From positions 151,251 through 215,250 of the IMG/VR virus record IMGVR_UViG_3300031963_000006: 64,000 nt of DNA; one strand, given 5' to 3'. The stretch's first letter is position 1; the number at the start of each line of letters is the position of its first letter. Below the pieces are notes generated by a model. It did no database searches, had not been told where the DNA came from, and worked only from the letters and a program-made list of their open reading frames with translations. This document shows, piece after piece, positions 60,639 through 64,000 of the stretch. The translations under genes and the position numbers were made by a program.

Positions 60639-61562
60639 ATGAGTAAAGTTACAATGGAAATCGGACAACGTTTAATTATTGAGAAGTATGTGCAAGATGC
60701 TTATGACAGATTGAAAAATGTTCCAAACCCCAAAATGACAGATAGTCTTCATAAATTCATATGTGATTGTGTGGGACATCTTCCGGCAACCTATGGTCCT
60801 AAGATTCAGAATAAAATTATTCGTGAACTTAAAGCCATTGTTGTATCAAGTGATAAGGAACGAGGTGACTTTAGAAAGAATGTCACATTCTTTGAGGTTA
60901 AATGTTCATTCCTTTCAAAGGGGGTTAGCTATTCAATTACCAATATTCGAAATTGGCATAACTTTGACTATTATGTTCTTTGTTTTATTGATGTTACCAA
61001 TAACTTTACTCCAAACTTCTATGTTATCAAAAAGGATGATATCAATAACTTCAAACTAAGGGGGATGAACGGTACTGCCGAATCTAATACCGTTAATCAG
61101 AATGTTGGTATGCGTACCGCCATTCAAGTTGATTCCCCTGATATGGAACTTTTGAAAAGTTTGAATCTTTTGAAGGACAATAGTTTTGAATCTTTATATG
61201 AGTTTGTTGATTCATTCAAGATGAAAAAGACAAAACCTAATGGATTTAAATTTAAATTCAATGGACAGAATTTTGATAGTGATAATGTTACCGAGAACTA
61301 CATTAATTTCTTGAAATATTTTTTGTATATTAATCAGGGTTCCAATTCTTTGGGTATTCAAAACATTCAACGTTCTTTGGGTAAGTTCTTTTCTTTCAAT
61401 GTTAAAAATCTTTCAAGTTGTACAAGAAAGAAAAAACAATATGTTAAGATTATGGATACGTTCTATGTTTCAACATACACATCAACCCAAAAGAAAATTG
61501 GTCATATTCAGAAAATATGTGACTCTTATCCATATGAACTTAACTTTGAATTCTATGGTTAA
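60639..61562 (+). CDS. Possible PD-(D/E)XK endonuclease-like protein
   Basis: RGD...FEVKCS...FDYY; TATCTTTG upstream. Confidence 0.55.
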   Translation: MSKVTMEIGQRLIIEKYVQDAYDRLKNVPNPKMTDSLHKFICDCVGHLPATYGPKIQNKIIRELKAIVVSSDKERGDFRKNVTFFEVKCSFLSKGVSYSITNIRNWHNFDYYVLCFIDVTNNFTPNFYVIKKDDINNFKLRGMNGTAESNTVNQNVGMRTAIQVDSPDMELLKSLNLLKDNSFESLYEFVDSFKMKKTKPNGFKFKFNGQNFDSDNVTENYINFLKYFLYINQGSNSLGIQNIQRSLGKFFSFNVKNLSSCTRKKKQYVKIMDTFYVSTYTSTQKKIGHIQKICDSYPYELNFEFYG

Positions 61563-61673
61563 TTTGCTATCCCCCATTTCTTATTGTAGAGTGGGGGATT
61601 TTTTTCTATAAATTTTTTTCGACGGTTTCCGATTCCCCCTACCCCCTTTTTTATTTATAGTATATTTATTTAT

Positions 61674-62735
61674 ATGTCTAAAAGATTTGTAATTAGTGAA
61701 AACGAAATCCGAGAAATCAGGTCAATGTACGGATTATTAAATGAACAAGAAAGAGTTATAAATGCGTCTACATCTCCTGAAAAAATGTCCAACTTTCCTG
61801 GAAATCAAAAATTTGGTTTGAGAGGGGATAAAACTAAAGAAAATTTTTATTTCAAGTCAACATTAAAAAATTTAATATTTGCCAGTACTGGTGATGCAAC
61901 AAATTATCTCTCAAGTTTCACTCCTACAAATGATGCTAAACAATATGTTGACTACATAAAAATTGGGGATAATGAATTAACAAATCAAGGAAGTATTAGT
62001 TTTGATTTGAGAACTTTACCTTCCTCAACTGAAGTTATTGCGACTCACAATGGTTTATTGTTATTGAGAAGAATGATGAATGAATTGGGAGGACAAAAAA
62101 ATGGAAAAGTAACTTTGAGTATGAGTTCGGAGGTTAGAGAGTCGGGGCAAAAAAACTATACAATATCAGGTTTATCTTCCTCAATAATTGCCGGATTCAA
62201 TGGGTTATCATCTGTTTTGGGAGTTTTGATTGTTCCCCAACAAGAAAGAGAGAAAATAAGTGATGGATACGCTGTCCAATATTTTAAAGATAAAAGTGAC
62301 GATGAACTTAAAAGTATGGCCCTAAAATTTATGAAAAACATAACATCTTACTATTTTTTGGCAAAACAAGATGTTCCCCAAATAGATACAATAATTACTG
62401 ATAAACAATTTACAACTGCTGCTGACACAAGTGCATTTGAAACTTATTATGGTAATGGACTAACCAGAGATAATTTATCTGTTTTAAATTCATCTTGGAA
62501 AAAATTACAAGACGAGTTAAAAAGTATTATGATATCCAACATGAAATTGTATTACCCTGAGGATTTCCAAGGGTTAGCCGAGAAAGCGGCTGAGATGGTT
62601 AAATCAGCATATTCTACAGATAAGTTTAATGAAAATTACAGTAGATTATTCAAACAAAGTGAACTTGGTAGATTATCTCCAATCCAACAAGGTACAAAAA
62701 CCCAATCTTCCACTTCTTATCAATTAGGAAAGTAA
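61674..62735 (+). CDS. Protein with a VISE...LLNEQ leader
   Basis: TATTTAT 4 nt upstream. Confidence 0.8.
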   Translation: MSKRFVISENEIREIRSMYGLLNEQERVINASTSPEKMSNFPGNQKFGLRGDKTKENFYFKSTLKNLIFASTGDATNYLSSFTPTNDAKQYVDYIKIGDNELTNQGSISFDLRTLPSSTEVIATHNGLLLLRRMMNELGGQKNGKVTLSMSSEVRESGQKNYTISGLSSSIIAGFNGLSSVLGVLIVPQQEREKISDGYAVQYFKDKSDDELKSMALKFMKNITSYYFLAKQDVPQIDTIITDKQFTTAADTSAFETYYGNGLTRDNLSVLNSSWKKLQDELKSIMISNMKLYYPEDFQGLAEKAAEMVKSAYSTDKFNENYSRLFKQSELGRLSPIQQGTKTQSSTSYQLGK

Positions 62736-62737
62736 TT

Positions 62738-63022
62738 TTATTTATAAACTTTTACCGTCTTAACGTTAAACCAAGTCGAAGTTTCAGGTGCGACATAACT
62801 TTTTCCATCAATAATAATGAATTCGTTTTCATAGATTACGGTGGTGTCGCCCTGAGAAAAAACAAGTTCTTTATAAACCGTGAGAGCTGGCTCCTCAACA
62901 TATGAAGTATCAGTATAAACTGTAATTACCCTGTCACTATCGGAATCCTTGACTGACAATTGGGTTGTCTTACAAGAAAACAAGTATAGAGAAATAAAAG
63001 AGAATACGATTATTTTTTTCAT
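62738..63022 (-). CDS. Lipoprotein
   Basis: Lipobox LFSC; TATTTTTG upstream. Confidence 0.75.
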   Translation of the reverse strand: MKKIIVFSFISLYLFSCKTTQLSVKDSDSDRVITVYTDTSYVEEPALTVYKELVFSQGDTTVIYENEFIIIDGKSYVAPETSTWFNVKTVKVYK

Positions 63023-63176
63023 GTGGTTTATTATTTAACTACAAAAATACAACAAAACTAACCTAAAACAAAATTTTTTATTCTGTGTTACCAATCTCCT
63101 ACCCCCTTTTTTATTTAAATCTATATTGACATAGTAATTCATTTTGTTTATCATTATGAAAAATTAATTAAACAAT

Positions 63177-64000
63177 ATGAAAAAAACATTATTTTCTTTT
63201 ATCCTAACCGTATTGAGTATTTGTTCATTCGCTCAAAACACGGTTGTTGACATTATCGTTAACAGTGCTGAACATGACACATTGGAAGCTGCCGTTATTG
63301 CTGCAGAACTTGCCGATGATTTATCGGGACCTGGTCCATTTACAGTTTTTGCCCCAACTGATGAGGCTTTTGCGGCTCTTCCTTCAGGTACAATCGAAAC
63401 TCTACTAGCTGACCCAACTGGAACACTTGCTCAGATTCTTTTGTATCACGTTGTTGGTGGTCAAGCTCTTTCAACAGATTTGAGTGATGGTCAAATTATT
63501 GCAACACTACAAGGACAAACTGTAGAGGTTACTATTAATGCCGAGGGAGTATTCATCAACGATGCTCAAGTTATAGTTGCTGACATCACGGCTACCAACG
63601 GAGTAGTTCACGTAATTGACGCTATCCTTCTACCACCGGCTCCACAACCAACAACTACTGTTGTAGATGTAATTGTTAATAGTGATGTTCACAATACACT
63701 TGAAGCGGCTGTTGTTGCAGCAGGTTTGGTTGAAACACTTAGTGGTACTGGACCGTTCACCGTATTTGCTCCTACTGATAACGCGTTTGCCGCACTTCCT
63801 GCCGGTACAGTTGAGGCTCTTTTGGCGAACATCGGAGAACTACAAAACATATTACTTTACCACGTTGCGTCAGGTTCAGTTTTGTCAACTGATTTGACAA
63901 ATGGTCAAGAAATTCCAACTTTAACGTTCTTCCCTCCACTTGTTGTAACAATTGATAACAATGGTGTTATGATTAATAACGCAATGGTTACAGTTGCTGA
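63177..64000 (+). CDS. Secreted tandem fasciclin (FAS1) domain protein, runs off the window
   Basis: Not in the ORF track. Signal peptide; twice GPFTVFAPTD.AF and ILLYHV; NGVVHVID; TTGACA-N17-TATCAT at 63126-63154. Confidence 0.92.
   Translation, partial: MKKTLFSFILTVLSICSFAQNTVVDIIVNSAEHDTLEAAVIAAELADDLSGPGPFTVFAPTDEAFAALPSGTIETLLADPTGTLAQILLYHVVGGQALSTDLSDGQIIATLQGQTVEVTINAEGVFINDAQVIVADITATNGVVHVIDAILLPPAPQPTTTVVDVIVNSDVHNTLEAAVVAAGLVETLSGTGPFTVFAPTDNAFAALPAGTVEALLANIGELQNILLYHVASGSVLSTDLTNGQEIPTLTFFPPLVVTIDNNGVMINNAMVTVA

Larger units (their letters stand above)
57894..63116 (+). repeat. Six dispersed copies of an ~45-bp intergenic element (core CCCCTACCCCCTTTTTTATT)
   Basis: Copies at ~57894, 58494, 59815, 60504, 61609 and 63071, all in the same orientation. 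Confidence 0.85.

Noticed and set aside
8923-62341. Numerous short antisense or nested track ORFs
   Set aside because: Fully overlap longer motif-supported genes and lack start signals
57894-63116. C-rich repeat as a CRISPR array
   Set aside because: Spacing is 0.6-1.5 kb with whole genes between copies; copies are degenerate; no cas genes
1-64000. Stop-codon reassignment as in some huge phages
   Set aside because: Conserved genes are intact in code 11, and TAA, TAG and TGA all end genes at sensible positions
1-64000. Bacterial chromosome origin (dnaJ, smpB, trxA, sigma)
   Set aside because: Host-like genes are isolated among orphans and phage families, with no housekeeping operons

Overview
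AT-rich, gene-dense segment of a large (jumbo/huge) tailed-phage genome in the standard genetic code. The host is probably a member of the Bacteroidota, based on TAnnTTTG promoters, a Bacteroidota-type sigma-A, an Hc1-like protein and a fasciclin. Layout: 1-4 kb, Thr/Pro-repeat Cys-rich proteins; 4-12 kb, primase, PD-(D/E)XK nuclease, SLT, SbcD/SbcC and a sigma factor; 12-18 kb, membrane, lysis-like and head-like proteins; 18-36 kb, Hc1, DnaJ, two DNA MTases, DUF932, PcfJ-like, GIY-YIG, Trx/Grx, DHH, DUF192 and SmpB; 36-53 kb, many small orphan genes including a tandem MKYLITESQ paralog array; 53.5-56.4 kb, a motif-dense, largely non-coding origin- or terminus-like region; 56.4-64 kb, gene cassettes separated by a conserved C-rich repeat. 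Best candidate for an undescribed system: a TATTTAT promoter coupled to a conserved N-terminal (I/L)xE leader on many unrelated proteins, culminating in the hypervariable MKYLITESQ array. This may be a capsid-packaged, protease-matured cargo arsenal (inference). Also notable: three promoter classes with mostly leaderless geometry, and apparent absence of GATC. Family names come from motif recognition by eye; no database was searched. No tRNA, rRNA, CRISPR array, integrase or reverse transcriptase was seen.
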